Program-made: the position numbers and the translations under genes | Notes under the pieces: generated by a model | What the model saw: the letters and a program-made list of their open reading frames with translations, nothing else | Told to the model about the DNA's origin: nothing | Databases searched by the model: none | Source of the DNA: Methanopyrus kandleri AV19 | GTDB taxonomy: Archaea > JAADCQ01 > Methanopyri > Methanopyrales > Methanopyraceae | Reading direction: 5' to 3' | Assembly (NCBI RefSeq): GCF_000007185.1 | Contig: NC_003551.1 | Span: 330,001 to 362,000, forward strand | DNA: 32,000 nt | Part shown: piece by piece, positions 7,941-16,398 of the stretch | Layout of the letters: the number at the start of each line of letters is the position of its first letter | Numbering within the stretch: position 1 is the stretch's first letter

Positions 7941-9344
7941 TCAGCCACCCTCGGGACCTTCGGCGTCCGAGCGGTACCTTCGGGCCCGCTCCAAGTAATA
8001 CCGGGCCAATCGTGCGCGGAACTCCCTCAAGTTCAACGGCTTAGGCCGATGATCTTCCATTACGATCGCCCTGTCGGCAGCGGCGGTGAAGTCGTCGAGA
8101 ACGCCTGTAGCCGCGACTATCGTGACGCCCCGGGATGTGATCTCGTCACGCACCTCCACGAGAGTGCGGATACCTTCGAGTTCTTTGGTAAGTACTCCCG
8201 GCACCAGTAGGTTCACGGCGGCCTTGTCCTCGTCGATGAAGAGTATCTTGGCTCCTTCCTCCAGGGCCCGCTGGATCTCCGCGGCCATCTTCATCGAACC
8301 GCTGGCGAGGCCACGGACGTTTTCAGGTGTCCCCTCGTATCCGGGCGGTAATTCCCGGAAAAACAGACTCACGTCCTCACCGTTCATCCTCTTGATGCCC
8401 GCCTCAGCCTTGGCGGTGCGCCGAACCGTGATCACGTACTCACGACCGTCTCCTGGTGCATGATCGTCTTGACCCGCCTCCACGGCGTTGACCAGGGTAG
8501 TCTTGCCCTGTGCGTTGGCTCCGGCGATGGCGAACAGTTCTCCCTCGTAAATCGGTAGGAAGCGCTTTCGCTCACCGGTTCGGGGGAGCTCGATTTCCAG
8601 CGGGACTAGGTCCGCATCGGGGTCCTCAGGAACCTCGAACGGGATGTGAGGTTCGGGCTTGGGACCGGCTATGCGGTGATGTCGACGGACGTCCGTCAAC
8701 CTGCGAGCGGGTCGCGCCCCGTCTCCTATCAAGGCCACTACTCGCTTCCCTCGATGTTCGATCTCACCTCTCTCCAGCCGCTCCCGAAGCTCTCGCTGAT
8801 CGAGAACCACGTCACACGTTCGGAGGATTTCCTTCCGGGGAATCTCCCGTACGACTTCTCGAAGCGCGTCCAGTGCTGCGTACACACCGTCCAGAACACG
8901 TTCCTCCGACCAATCGGGCGGGAACAACATCCGCACCGTTAACAGGACTTCCCGTGACCGGCGCAGAACACGGTTAGACTTCCCCGGCATCCAAAGGGGA
9001 GGAGTGCGAAAGCCGTGGAGTCGGACGACCGTGCAGGGCTCGGTGAGTTTCCGGACCTTTTTATGATCCAGGAGCTTCCCGGACAACGGGTAGAGGTCCG
9101 GTTCCTCGCGCGACCGTCGTTTGATCTCCTCGATGATGGGGTGAGCCGCCGCGTCTCCGGCACCTTTCGGCACTTTCTTGAAATCACGTCGAGACACCCT
9201 AACGGGCAGTACTACGCGCACGGCGTCCGATCCGCGGACCGCATACCACCGGCGTCCCCTGGACCTGTCGGTCATCCGCTTAGGACACCATCGCACATCC
9301 GTCGGCAACTGCAACGTCCGGATTTTCTCCTCGAGTCCCCTCAT
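7941..9344 (-). CDS. ABC-class ATPase of unknown function (COG3044 / PF09818-like)
   Basis: Walker A-like AGANAQGKTTL is followed by HAPGDGREYVIT, ASGSMKMAAEIQRALEEGAKILFIDEDKAAVNLL (signature and Walker B-like) and VAATGVLDDFTAAADRAIVM. This order is typical of COG3044. Confidence 0.85.
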   Translation of the reverse strand: MRGLEEKIRTLQLPTDVRWCPKRMTDRSRGRRWYAVRGSDAVRVVLPVRVSRRDFKKVPKGAGDAAAHPIIEEIKRRSREEPDLYPLSGKLLDHKKVRKLTEPCTVVRLHGFRTPPLWMPGKSNRVLRRSREVLLTVRMLFPPDWSEERVLDGVYAALDALREVVREIPRKEILRTCDVVLDQRELRERLERGEIEHRGKRVVALIGDGARPARRLTDVRRHHRIAGPKPEPHIPFEVPEDPDADLVPLEIELPRTGERKRFLPIYEGELFAIAGANAQGKTTLVNAVEAGQDDHAPGDGREYVITVRRTAKAEAGIKRMNGEDVSLFFRELPPGYEGTPENVRGLASGSMKMAAEIQRALEEGAKILFIDEDKAAVNLLVPGVLTKELEGIRTLVEVRDEITSRGVTIVAATGVLDDFTAAADRAIVMEDHRPKPLNLREFRARLARYYLERARRYRSDAEGPEGG

Positions 9345-9351
9345 AAACGGG

Positions 9352-9930
9352 TCATCCCATGAACAACAGCGTCTTACTCTCCAGCTCCGCTTTCCCTCGG
9401 CTGAACAGCTTCATACCCTCGCGCATCATGCGATAGGCCGCATTAACGTGGCGGAACGCCTCTCCGACATCCCCTTCGTCGGCCGCCTGGACACCCAGCT
9501 TGAACTCCTTTAGAGCCATCCTGTAGTGACTAACGCCCTCGTGCATCAGCTTCAGTGACTCTTTTATCTCGGGATCGGCCGTCGCTCCGATCATGTCAAG
9601 GGTCCTATCGAGGTGATCGACGGCTGCGTCTATCGCATCGACGGCCCTGGCGTAATGGACGTACGCTCCGTGAAGGTCTTCCAGTATTCTGGGGGCGTTA
9701 ACGGAGAGGGCTAAGGGTCCGGCACTCCTAGCCGCGTTGACGGTGGCAGATACCTCCTCCATTAGCTCGTCACCTTTCTTCTTCTCCTCTAAGGCCTTGT
9801 GTGCTAGCTCCGTAGCTGCGTTCAGCTCCCTCCATGCTTCCGGTAAGTCCGCAAGCACGTCCCACTGGACCGAAGCCGCGAGCAACGCCAGGCATAAGAC
9901 GGACGCCGCCGCGTAGATCCTCGCGTTCAC
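9352..9930 (-). CDS. Hypothetical secreted all-helical protein
   Basis: The N-terminal hydrophobic segment AAASVLCLALLAASV looks like a signal peptide. The rest is helix-forming and rich in Ala and Glu. The gene ends 7 nt before the ATPase gene. Confidence 0.65.
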   Translation of the reverse strand: MNARIYAAASVLCLALLAASVQWDVLADLPEAWRELNAATELAHKALEEKKKGDELMEEVSATVNAARSAGPLALSVNAPRILEDLHGAYVHYARAVDAIDAAVDHLDRTLDMIGATADPEIKESLKLMHEGVSHYRMALKEFKLGVQAADEGDVGEAFRHVNAAYRMMREGMKLFSRGKAELESKTLLFMG

Positions 9931-9943
9931 GTCGGATCCCCCT

Positions 9944-10672
9944 CTAAATCGAGACCAGGAGGGCTCCGACCAATCCTCCTATCACAGTCGCCCACAGCGC
10001 CGCCGGTCCGGAATGAATCCACCCGCACACGATCTCCGCGACGAGAGCGCTCAAAGATCCCAAAATGAACCCTGCCACGGGCACCGATACATCACCGAGT
10101 GCTGAGCGCGTAACCTTCAGGAGCGTCGGTTCGGGAGTACTTTCCCCACCGCGCGGCTCCCTGAACCTCAGCTTGAAAACCACGTAGTCGAGGACGTCGG
10201 ACTCCTTGGTCGGATCCCGAAGCACGGCCACGAGGTAGTACTCATCACCTATGCTCAGCGGGTTAGGTCCTTCTCCGACCTTGACCTCGAGATCGGCGCG
10301 GAGGATGCTGTTAGGCTCGGGATGATCGATCTCGACCCCTTTCTCAGGGAGCTTCAGGTCGTACTTGGGCGGCACCATCAACCACGACGGGAAATAGAGC
10401 TCCACAGCGAGCCGCTCCGGGGGATGCGGACCGGTATTGAACTCCACCGTCACGGTGAACTCACCTTTCGTCGGGACCTCGGGGACGTGCTTCAGACCCA
10501 GGGTCTCGAGCCGTTTCGTGTCGATACCTTGACCGAAGCAGGTGGCCTCGTGCCCCTCGATGTAAACGTTGAGAATGTGCGGCCGGTCCTCGTCGACGGG
10601 GTCTAAGCGTTCGGCGGCTGCGACGGCCATCAGGGTCGTGGAAAGTACGAGCAACGTTAACGTCCGATACAT
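9944..10672 (-). CDS. Hypothetical exported protein with a C-terminal membrane anchor
   Basis: A signal-like N-terminus (MYRTLTLLVLSTTLMAVAAA) is followed by a beta-rich middle. Two C-terminal hydrophobic segments are present (VAGFILGSLSALVAEIV, LWATVIGGLVGALLVSI). The gene lies 13 nt upstream of the next gene. Confidence 0.7.
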   Translation of the reverse strand: MYRTLTLLVLSTTLMAVAAAERLDPVDEDRPHILNVYIEGHEATCFGQGIDTKRLETLGLKHVPEVPTKGEFTVTVEFNTGPHPPERLAVELYFPSWLMVPPKYDLKLPEKGVEIDHPEPNSILRADLEVKVGEGPNPLSIGDEYYLVAVLRDPTKESDVLDYVVFKLRFREPRGGESTPEPTLLKVTRSALGDVSVPVAGFILGSLSALVAEIVCGWIHSGPAALWATVIGGLVGALLVSI

Positions 10673-10689
10673 GATGGCTCCCCCGGGGA

Positions 10690-10962
10690 GTGGGTAACGT
10701 GTCGCGCAAAACGGAACTTGAAGAAATTTTTAGCCGCATGTTGCATGATCCGAACGACGACCCCTCGGAGTACGTGATCTACGTCATCGATCGTGGATCC
10801 TCGAGTGGGCTCCGTCGGATCTGGGGGGACGAGATCCAGGACGTTAAAAGGGGTTTCTTAGTACTGTGGAACGCGGAGATTCCAGTACATCGGGTAATCC
10901 GGGTAGAGCGCGGTGGTAGGGTCATCTGGGAACGCGGGCGGCGAGCCCGTGGTCGTCGATAA
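10690..10962 (+). CDS. UPF0248/DUF504-like small protein
   Basis: YVIYVIDRGSSSGLRRIWGDEI...GFLVLWNAEIPVHRVIRVERGGRVIWER matches the DUF504 pattern (...IPxHRI...W.R). The start is GTG. Its 3' end overlaps the convergent gene by 41 nt. Confidence 0.65.
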   Translation: MGNVSRKTELEEIFSRMLHDPNDDPSEYVIYVIDRGSSSGLRRIWGDEIQDVKRGFLVLWNAEIPVHRVIRVERGGRVIWERGRRARGRR

Positions 10963-11809
10963 AGGGCAGAGCCGCCACGGCCCCTATCCGCCCGCGCTCT
11001 CCGTCCCCGATCGAGACGACCTCGATCTCGCATATCTCCACCACTTCATCGACCTCCTCCCGGCTAACGATCCGACGTTTGGCGGCGTTCCCGAGGTCTC
11101 TCAGTTCCCTCGGAAACTCTAGCCTGTCCCAGAACGCCGCACAGGTGTGATCGGAAAAGGACACTTCCTTCAGCATCCTCAGGAACTCCCTCTTGACCCT
11201 CTCTACGCGCTTCGTCGGCACTCCGAGCTCCACGACCACCGCCGCACAGTTTCGAGTTCGGTGGGGTGTCTTAGGGTACAACTGCACTGTGACGTGTCGG
11301 GAATAGAAGACCCCCGCTTCGTCCTCCAAGCGGCGGCAGATCACGTCAACTGCCGACCAAGTGGCGCCTTCCTCCTCGGTATCCGTGTCATCGACTCCGA
11401 TCACCAGACGTCGTAGCTCCGGCGTTACCACCGTCGCCCGACCTAGGCGGGATCCTCCTCCCTCCTCGTGAATCTCGACCCGGGAAACACCCTCGGCGCA
11501 TCCCCGAGATAGAGCGGCGCCGACACCAGCTCCGGCGAGCCCCGCGTGAGTCACCCGGACCTCGCCGTCTCGTACCTCTACACTCTCCACACCCGCGGCC
11601 CGTACACTCGGTTCCAAGTCCAGCGAGGCTTCCCCGACCCTCAACAAGAAAAAGTGGCGTTTGCCCTCCCTCCAGGCCTTCTCTACGAGTGGGCTGGTAG
11701 CTTCGTAGTTCCTGACAACCCACTCGGCGCCGACGGGTGTTGGATGGTCCTCGATCAAGAGCACGCGTTCCCTGTCCTCGTCGGTGAGCGTGGCGATCCT
11801 CTCGTACAT
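10922..11809 (-). CDS. Protein with a TiaS N-terminal (DUF1743)-like domain; possibly the methanogenesis marker 11 family
   Basis: The motif LVIGVDDTDTEEEGATWSAV resembles the TiaS GxDDTDS...CTT nucleotide-binding start. I chose ATG 11809 (MYERIATL...) because the longer track ORF (to 12049) overlaps the divergent gene and its extension is low complexity. Confidence 0.65.
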   Translation of the reverse strand: MYERIATLTDEDRERVLLIEDHPTPVGAEWVVRNYEATSPLVEKAWREGKRHFFLLRVGEASLDLEPSVRAAGVESVEVRDGEVRVTHAGLAGAGVGAALSRGCAEGVSRVEIHEEGGGSRLGRATVVTPELRRLVIGVDDTDTEEEGATWSAVDVICRRLEDEAGVFYSRHVTVQLYPKTPHRTRNCAAVVVELGVPTKRVERVKREFLRMLKEVSFSDHTCAAFWDRLEFPRELRDLGNAAKRRIVSREEVDEVVEICEIEVVSIGDGERGRIGAVAALPFIDDHGLAARVPR

Positions 11810-11870
11810 GGTCACCCAACCTTTCTCCGAACACTTACGACGGACCTCCTCTGGACTTAGCGACACCAAC

Positions 11871-12389
11871 GTGATCACCCACCGAGGGGATCGTGAGTTG
11901 GCCGAGACCATCGTGCGGAAGTTCGACCCGAACAAGTGGGTGTTAGTGCCCACCAGACACGCCTTAGAACGGCTCAGGAAGAGGGAACTGTCGCCGTCAG
12001 CCGACGTCCCCGAAGCCGTCCACGCACTCAGGAGGTTAGCCTCGACCACTAAGGTACTGATAAAAAACGATGTATGGGTAGCGGTGGGGACCGAAAGGAC
12101 ACTAGTACTTTCCGAAATGAGAACTATGTCGCTAGAGAAGTACCAGGACGAGCTGAAGCGTCATCTGAGCAGATTACACCCCACCTACACCGTATACGTG
12201 ATCACGGCGGAAGGATGTCGCCCGACCTCGGCAGGCCAGCTGGATGTCGACGATCTGGCGACCGAGTTCGAGTACGCCCGATTCTCGGGAGAAGCGCGTA
12301 CGTTGGTGCTCGCCCGAGAGGGCGAGAAGGCGTTAGCAGTCGTTACGGTGCGTCCACCGCGAAAGAAGGAGAGAAAGCTCATCGAATGA
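11871..12389 (+). CDS. Hypothetical protein (N-terminal HAxxR motif, weakly DUF4258-like)
   Basis: The ORF contains WVLVPTRHALERLRKRELS. The start is uncertain: GTG 11871, ATG 11808 or GTG 11784. Confidence 0.5.
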   Translation: MITHRGDRELAETIVRKFDPNKWVLVPTRHALERLRKRELSPSADVPEAVHALRRLASTTKVLIKNDVWVAVGTERTLVLSEMRTMSLEKYQDELKRHLSRLHPTYTVYVITAEGCRPTSAGQLDVDDLATEFEYARFSGEARTLVLAREGEKALAVVTVRPPRKKERKLIE

Positions 12390-13095
12390 CCCGCTCGAGC
12401 AGCTCGGCCACGAGCTTACCTTCTCGCTCGTCCCGGGCGGTGGTCACCACGAAAATCTCCTGGGTAGCCGCCCCTTCGGAGAGGAGCAGCTTCACGTTAC
12501 CACTGTCATCGACCCGCGACACCTTCAGTCGAACTCCTCCACCTCCCCGCGATCCCTTGGCCCCTATACGACCCGGGATCACCCTCTTGACGTAGGGCAC
12601 GGAAGCCACCTTGAGTACGAGTTCCCTCCCCCGCCGACCACCGATGATCGTCGAGTGACTACCGCCTAACTTACGCTCCGGGGGTTCTTCGACGCGGTCC
12701 AGCCGCCGGTCGGCCCGAAGCTCGGCCTGCAGGGACCTTACGACGTCGTCGAAATCGTCCCTCACCGTGCGGACAGTCACTCCGGATATTCGCTCTACGA
12801 CGTCAACTATCCACGGTGGGGTGCGGACAGCCGTCGCGGCGCGTGGTGCGGCTGAGTGGAGAAGCTCCCCTAGCCTCTCCACAAGGTTGCGAAGCATGAT
12901 CCCGTCCGGATCTCCTTGAAACGACTGGTGGATTGTGTGAACGTCGCTCTCGTTGACGAACGCTACGACGTACCTGACATCCTCCGGGTAGACTTGAAAT
13001 GCGGCGACTTCGAAGGACGGCTCCCCGCAACGGGGACATTTAAGAGGTAATTCGACGGAATATCCACAACGCCGACACCTCGGCACGTTACCCAC
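12379..13095 (-). CDS. Hypothetical protein with an N-terminal zinc ribbon
   Basis: CRRCGYSVELPLKCPRCG (CxxC-N10-CxxC) lies at the N-terminus. The C-terminal part is Gly/Arg-rich and beta-like. The start is GTG. Confidence 0.7.
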   Translation of the reverse strand: MGNVPRCRRCGYSVELPLKCPRCGEPSFEVAAFQVYPEDVRYVVAFVNESDVHTIHQSFQGDPDGIMLRNLVERLGELLHSAAPRAATAVRTPPWIVDVVERISGVTVRTVRDDFDDVVRSLQAELRADRRLDRVEEPPERKLGGSHSTIIGGRRGRELVLKVASVPYVKRVIPGRIGAKGSRGGGGVRLKVSRVDDSGNVKLLLSEGAATQEIFVVTTARDEREGKLVAELLERVIR

Positions 13096-13121
13096 CCTCG
13101 CACTGGGGGATGTTCTGAGCT

Positions 13122-13445
13122 ATGATCATGGAGATACTTAATAGGCACAAGGAGAAGTTGGTGAAACTTAGGGTGCTCAGCTACGGCGACCGTATGATAC
13201 TCTCAGCTCAGTTCTCGGCGAACGATTTCGACGAGGCGTACGAGATGTTGCAGGAGATCATGGAAGAAGAGCCTGAGGTCGTTTCCCTGGACTCGGACAG
13301 GAAGCAGGGCTACGCGGTGACGTTGATGGAGGACGTTACCGAAGAGTACCAAGAGATCCGGGAGCGCGTCCACGAACTCATGCGTGAGCTCGTAGAGGGA
13401 GGGGAAGGGAAGGAGGAGTTCCCACTCCCGATTTTCGAAGCTTAG
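13122..13445 (+). CDS. Hypothetical small acidic protein
   Basis: This 107-aa Glu-rich ORF diverges from the zinc-ribbon gene. Its stop overlaps the end of the convergent hmgA gene by 4 nt. Confidence 0.6.
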   Translation: MIMEILNRHKEKLVKLRVLSYGDRMILSAQFSANDFDEAYEMLQEIMEEEPEVVSLDSDRKQGYAVTLMEDVTEEYQEIRERVHELMRELVEGGEGKEEFPLPIFEA

Positions 13446-14674
13446 CGACCTAAGAGCCTGTGCGCTTTACCCAAATGTCCCGCCGCCAGTGCAGCTACGA
13501 GTGACAGCTCACCTGCCAAGACCGCGGCGGCGACCACTTCGGCGAACTCTTTAGCGTTGACACCGGGTGGGTTCCCTCCACCAGCCACGCCGAGGATTTC
13601 CAGACACTCGCGCTGTGTCTCCACCCCGGTACCCCCTCCAACCGTCCCTACGTTCAAGCTGGGAATCGTCACACTAGCGTACAGGTCGCCGTCCTCCGTA
13701 ACCTCCATCGTGGTGTACCCAGTGGATCCATCGACAGCATGCGCCTCGTCCTGGCCTGTAGCGATGAAAATAGCGGCCACAATGTTCGCGTGATGCGCGT
13801 TGAACCCGATGTTACCGGCGGCCGCGGAGCCTACCAGGTTCTTCCTGTAATTGACCTCGGCCATGGCTTCCGGGGTAGTCTTCAGCTTCTCCTCGACTAT
13901 ATCGCGCGGGACTTCGACCTCGGCCACCACCGTCCGACCTCGACCCAGCACGTTGTTGAGCCACGAGGGTTTCTTGTCCACACAAACGTTCCCGCTCGCC
14001 GAAACGCACTTCGCGTCCGGATACTTCTCCTCGATCCAGTTCACGGCTTCCTCAGTGGCGATAGTGACCATGTTCATACCCATTGCGTCCTTCGTGTCGA
14101 ACTCGAACCGGAGGAACACGTGCCTACCGACCACGAACTCCTGAATATCGAGTAGCTCACCGTGACGTGTGGTACTCTCGGCCACCTCTTTGATATCGTC
14201 GAAGTGCTTACGTACCCACTCACAGAACTCCAACGCTTTACGAGCGGACGGCAGTTTGAACACAGGAGCACGCGTCATTCCGTCTCTCACGATCCTCACG
14301 TGGGCACCGCCTGAATCGGTAATAGTCGAACAGCCACGGTTGACGGAGGCCACCAACGCTCCCTCCGTCGTCGCGAGCGGTACGTAGTATTCCCCCTCGG
14401 CGTACTCCCCGTGCACTAACAGCGGGCCGGCGATACCGACCGGCACCTGGACGGCTCCGATCATGTTCTCGATGTTCTTGTCCATCGCACGGTTCGCGTC
14501 GATGGTGTACTTGCCGAGATGCTCGAGCTTCGCACCGGTCAACCGCTCCAGCGCACGACGTCGAACTTCCGTGGCCACCTCACTGTCACCGTCGGTGTAC
14601 TTCTCCACCTCGTGGAACTTGATCTCGCCTTTTACTACCTTGCTCACGAGCTCCTCAATCTTCTTCTCGTCCAC
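13442..14674 (-). CDS. hmgA: 3-hydroxy-3-methylglutaryl-CoA reductase (class I, archaeal)
   Basis: EGALVASVNRGC, DAMGMNMV, GNVCVDKKPS and the C-terminal GHLGKAH are the class I HMGR signatures. Confidence 0.95.
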   Translation of the reverse strand: MDEKKIEELVSKVVKGEIKFHEVEKYTDGDSEVATEVRRRALERLTGAKLEHLGKYTIDANRAMDKNIENMIGAVQVPVGIAGPLLVHGEYAEGEYYVPLATTEGALVASVNRGCSTITDSGGAHVRIVRDGMTRAPVFKLPSARKALEFCEWVRKHFDDIKEVAESTTRHGELLDIQEFVVGRHVFLRFEFDTKDAMGMNMVTIATEEAVNWIEEKYPDAKCVSASGNVCVDKKPSWLNNVLGRGRTVVAEVEVPRDIVEEKLKTTPEAMAEVNYRKNLVGSAAAGNIGFNAHHANIVAAIFIATGQDEAHAVDGSTGYTTMEVTEDGDLYASVTIPSLNVGTVGGGTGVETQRECLEILGVAGGGNPPGVNAKEFAEVVAAAVLAGELSLVAALAAGHLGKAHRLLGR

Positions 14675-14710
14675 GAAGGACAGCCCCCGACGGACACTCG
14701 AAGAGGGAAC

Positions 14711-15073
14711 CTAAAAGCAGCTCGAAGCGTACTTAGGTTCGACACCGGTTCTCGCGAGCTCCGCTACGATAGTCTTAGCGATCTCCACGAGCTCATCGCG
14801 TAACACCAGAAGCCGATCACCGTCGGGATAATCCAGTACGTACACTCGACGGGAATCCAACGGAAACTCTAGCGCCAGGGCGAAGGGTTCGCGGCCGTGC
14901 CTCAGGAGCGAGACTATGATGGCGTCCTCACGCAGCTCGACCTTCGCCAGCAGCCGACCTGAGCCCGCCGTGTGTCCCTGAGCTCGCGCCCCGCGGAGCA
15001 AAGCCATGGCGTCCGCCAAGTGACGGGAAACTAAACGCCGATACAACCGCAGAGGTCCCGTCCGCCGGACCAC
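14711..15073 (-). CDS. Hypothetical protein (start may be ATG 15007)
   Basis: The C-terminal two thirds are protein-like (AIIVSLLRHGREPFALALEFPLDSRRVYVLDYPDGDRLLVLRDELVEIAKTIVAEL). The frame opens immediately after a TAG at 15077-15079. Confidence 0.5.
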   Translation of the reverse strand: MVRRTGPLRLYRRLVSRHLADAMALLRGARAQGHTAGSGRLLAKVELREDAIIVSLLRHGREPFALALEFPLDSRRVYVLDYPDGDRLLVLRDELVEIAKTIVAELARTGVEPKYASSCF

Positions 15074-15272
15074 TCTCTACCTCACACCTGAGCTCACGAC
15101 GGAGACCCGGACCGAATCTGTTGGGCACTACGACCGCGGCCCTGTCATCCCGTGTTACGTGAACGTACGCGAGCACTCGACCACGAATTACGCGGATAGT
15201 CCCGTGGAAAGTCGCCCAGTGAGCGTTACGGACGAGATTTTGGGCCATACGCCGATAATACCACAAGCCCAT
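14928..15272 (-). CDS. Questionable ORF; its first ~66 codons may be the 5' part of the downstream ORF in another frame
   Basis: The first 66 codons look protein-like (MAQNLVRNAHWATFHGTIRVIRGRVLAYVHVTRDD...). The last ~49 codons are Gly/Ser/Ala junk that overlaps ORF 14711..15073 out of frame. ATATTAAGGAG lies directly upstream of ATG 15272. Confidence 0.25.
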   Translation of the reverse strand: MGLWYYRRMAQNLVRNAHWATFHGTIRVIRGRVLAYVHVTRDDRAAVVVPNRFGPGLRRELRCEVESGPADGTSAVVSAFSFPSLGGRHGFAPRGASSGTHGGLRSAAGEGRAA

Positions 15273-15315
15273 CTCCTTAATATCACGAGTCCCGGCCGAC
15301 GAAAAAGACTGCGGG

Positions 15316-15639
15316 TTAGAGGAGGGCGTAAATCCCTAGGGAAATCAACAGCATGTACGACGCCGCACCGCGAACGGAGAACCCTGCAGCGCCGAAGTGG
15401 CCCGACTTAAGCTCTTCCGCACGGACTGCGAGGGCTAGGATCCCGGTCAGCAGACCAGAGACTGCTCCAACGGGACGGAGTATCGGCCATAGGATGGAGA
15501 GAGAGCATGAGGCGGCCGCTATGACGCCGAGGATGACAGCCAGTCTGAGCGGGAGAGATCGACGGATCATAGCGGGCATAGCGAATTCAATTGCAACGCC
15601 GGCGGAGAGTCCCGCGAGAATTATCTCGCTTATAGCCAA
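15316..15639 (-). CDS. Small integral membrane protein (3-4 predicted TM helices)
   Basis: The 107-aa protein is almost entirely hydrophobic segments. Its start overlaps the end of the TusA-DsrE gene by 10 nt. Confidence 0.6.
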   Translation of the reverse strand: MAISEIILAGLSAGVAIEFAMPAMIRRSLPLRLAVILGVIAAASCSLSILWPILRPVGAVSGLLTGILALAVRAEELKSGHFGAAGFSVRGAASYMLLISLGIYALL

Positions 15640-16286
15640 ACCACATCCACACCCGGATCCGTGATTAGCTTGAGAAACTTTGAAGCTCCGACGACTTTGA
15701 CACCATCCAGGAGATCGTCGGAAGTGATACCCCTGGCTTGAATGCTTAATTCACAAGCGCATGCCTCGACGTTTCTCAGGACTTCCCGGGCCTTATCTAT
15801 CAGCGGAGGAAATTCTGGATGTCGGATTCTTTCAACTTCTCGCTCAACGAGCACGGTGACACCGTCCATGAAGCCGAAGATTACGACGTCCAAATCCATC
15901 GCCAACGCTGCCTCCGACATTAGGAACGTCGCGTACGCACGCTCCGGATTAGCGACGCCGGTACTTTGTGCTATCATAACCGAATCCGTGTCGGTCGACG
16001 GTAATGATCCGGCACACGTCCTAACGGTACCGTCGGTCGCGGTACTATCGGTCTCGACGCCACCGACGCGGATCAGCATGCGTATGTCTCCATCCGTTTC
16101 TTCAACCTTCAACACCTCATGTCCTCCATCCTGAACTAGTTCCCTTATGTCGTTGGCAATACCCTCCGAGTCGACGATAACTTCCAGCACCTGTCCGGGC
16201 TCCATTTCCTTGAGTTCTTCCGCCACCATTACGGACGGCCCAGGACAGGCCGCACCACGCACGTCAAGCCGCCGATCGGGCTTCAT
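15630..16286 (-). CDS. TusA/SirA-like domain fused to a DsrE/DsrF-like domain (sulfur-carrier fusion)
   Basis: The N-terminal LDVRGAACPGP is the TusA Cys-Pro motif. After a Thr/Asp-rich linker comes a DsrE-like domain (VMIAQSTG...DLDVVIFGFMDGV...ACACELS). Confidence 0.85.
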   Translation of the reverse strand: MKPDRRLDVRGAACPGPSVMVAEELKEMEPGQVLEVIVDSEGIANDIRELVQDGGHEVLKVEETDGDIRMLIRVGGVETDSTATDGTVRTCAGSLPSTDTDSVMIAQSTGVANPERAYATFLMSEAALAMDLDVVIFGFMDGVTVLVEREVERIRHPEFPPLIDKAREVLRNVEACACELSIQARGITSDDLLDGVKVVGASKFLKLITDPGVDVVWL

Positions 16287-16302
16287 GATTGTGTCCCCTG
16301 TG

Positions 16303-16339
16303 CGATTGTTCGCGATTGTCGATCAAACGAGAACAATCG
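16303..16339. promoter_or_regulatory. Three copies of CGATTGT(T)C: an inverted pair plus an internal direct copy; candidate operator
   Basis: CGATTGTTC at 16303-16311, CGATTGTC at 16313-16320 and GAACAATCG at 16331-16339 (the exact reverse complement of copy 1) all lie between a TATA-like element and ATG 16286. Confidence 0.4.
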
Positions 16340-16346
16340 TTGGAGG

Positions 16347-16358
16347 CAATTTAAGTTT
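16347..16358 (-). promoter_or_regulatory. BRE/TATA-like element (minus strand GGAAAA-CTTAAATTG) for the TusA-DsrE gene
   Basis: This AT-rich block lies about 65 nt upstream of ATG 16286 and is preceded on the minus strand by a purine-rich GGAAAA. Confidence 0.35.
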
Positions 16359-16398
16359 TCCGATCCCCTGGTCCGACGACATAACAGTGTGAAAAAGT

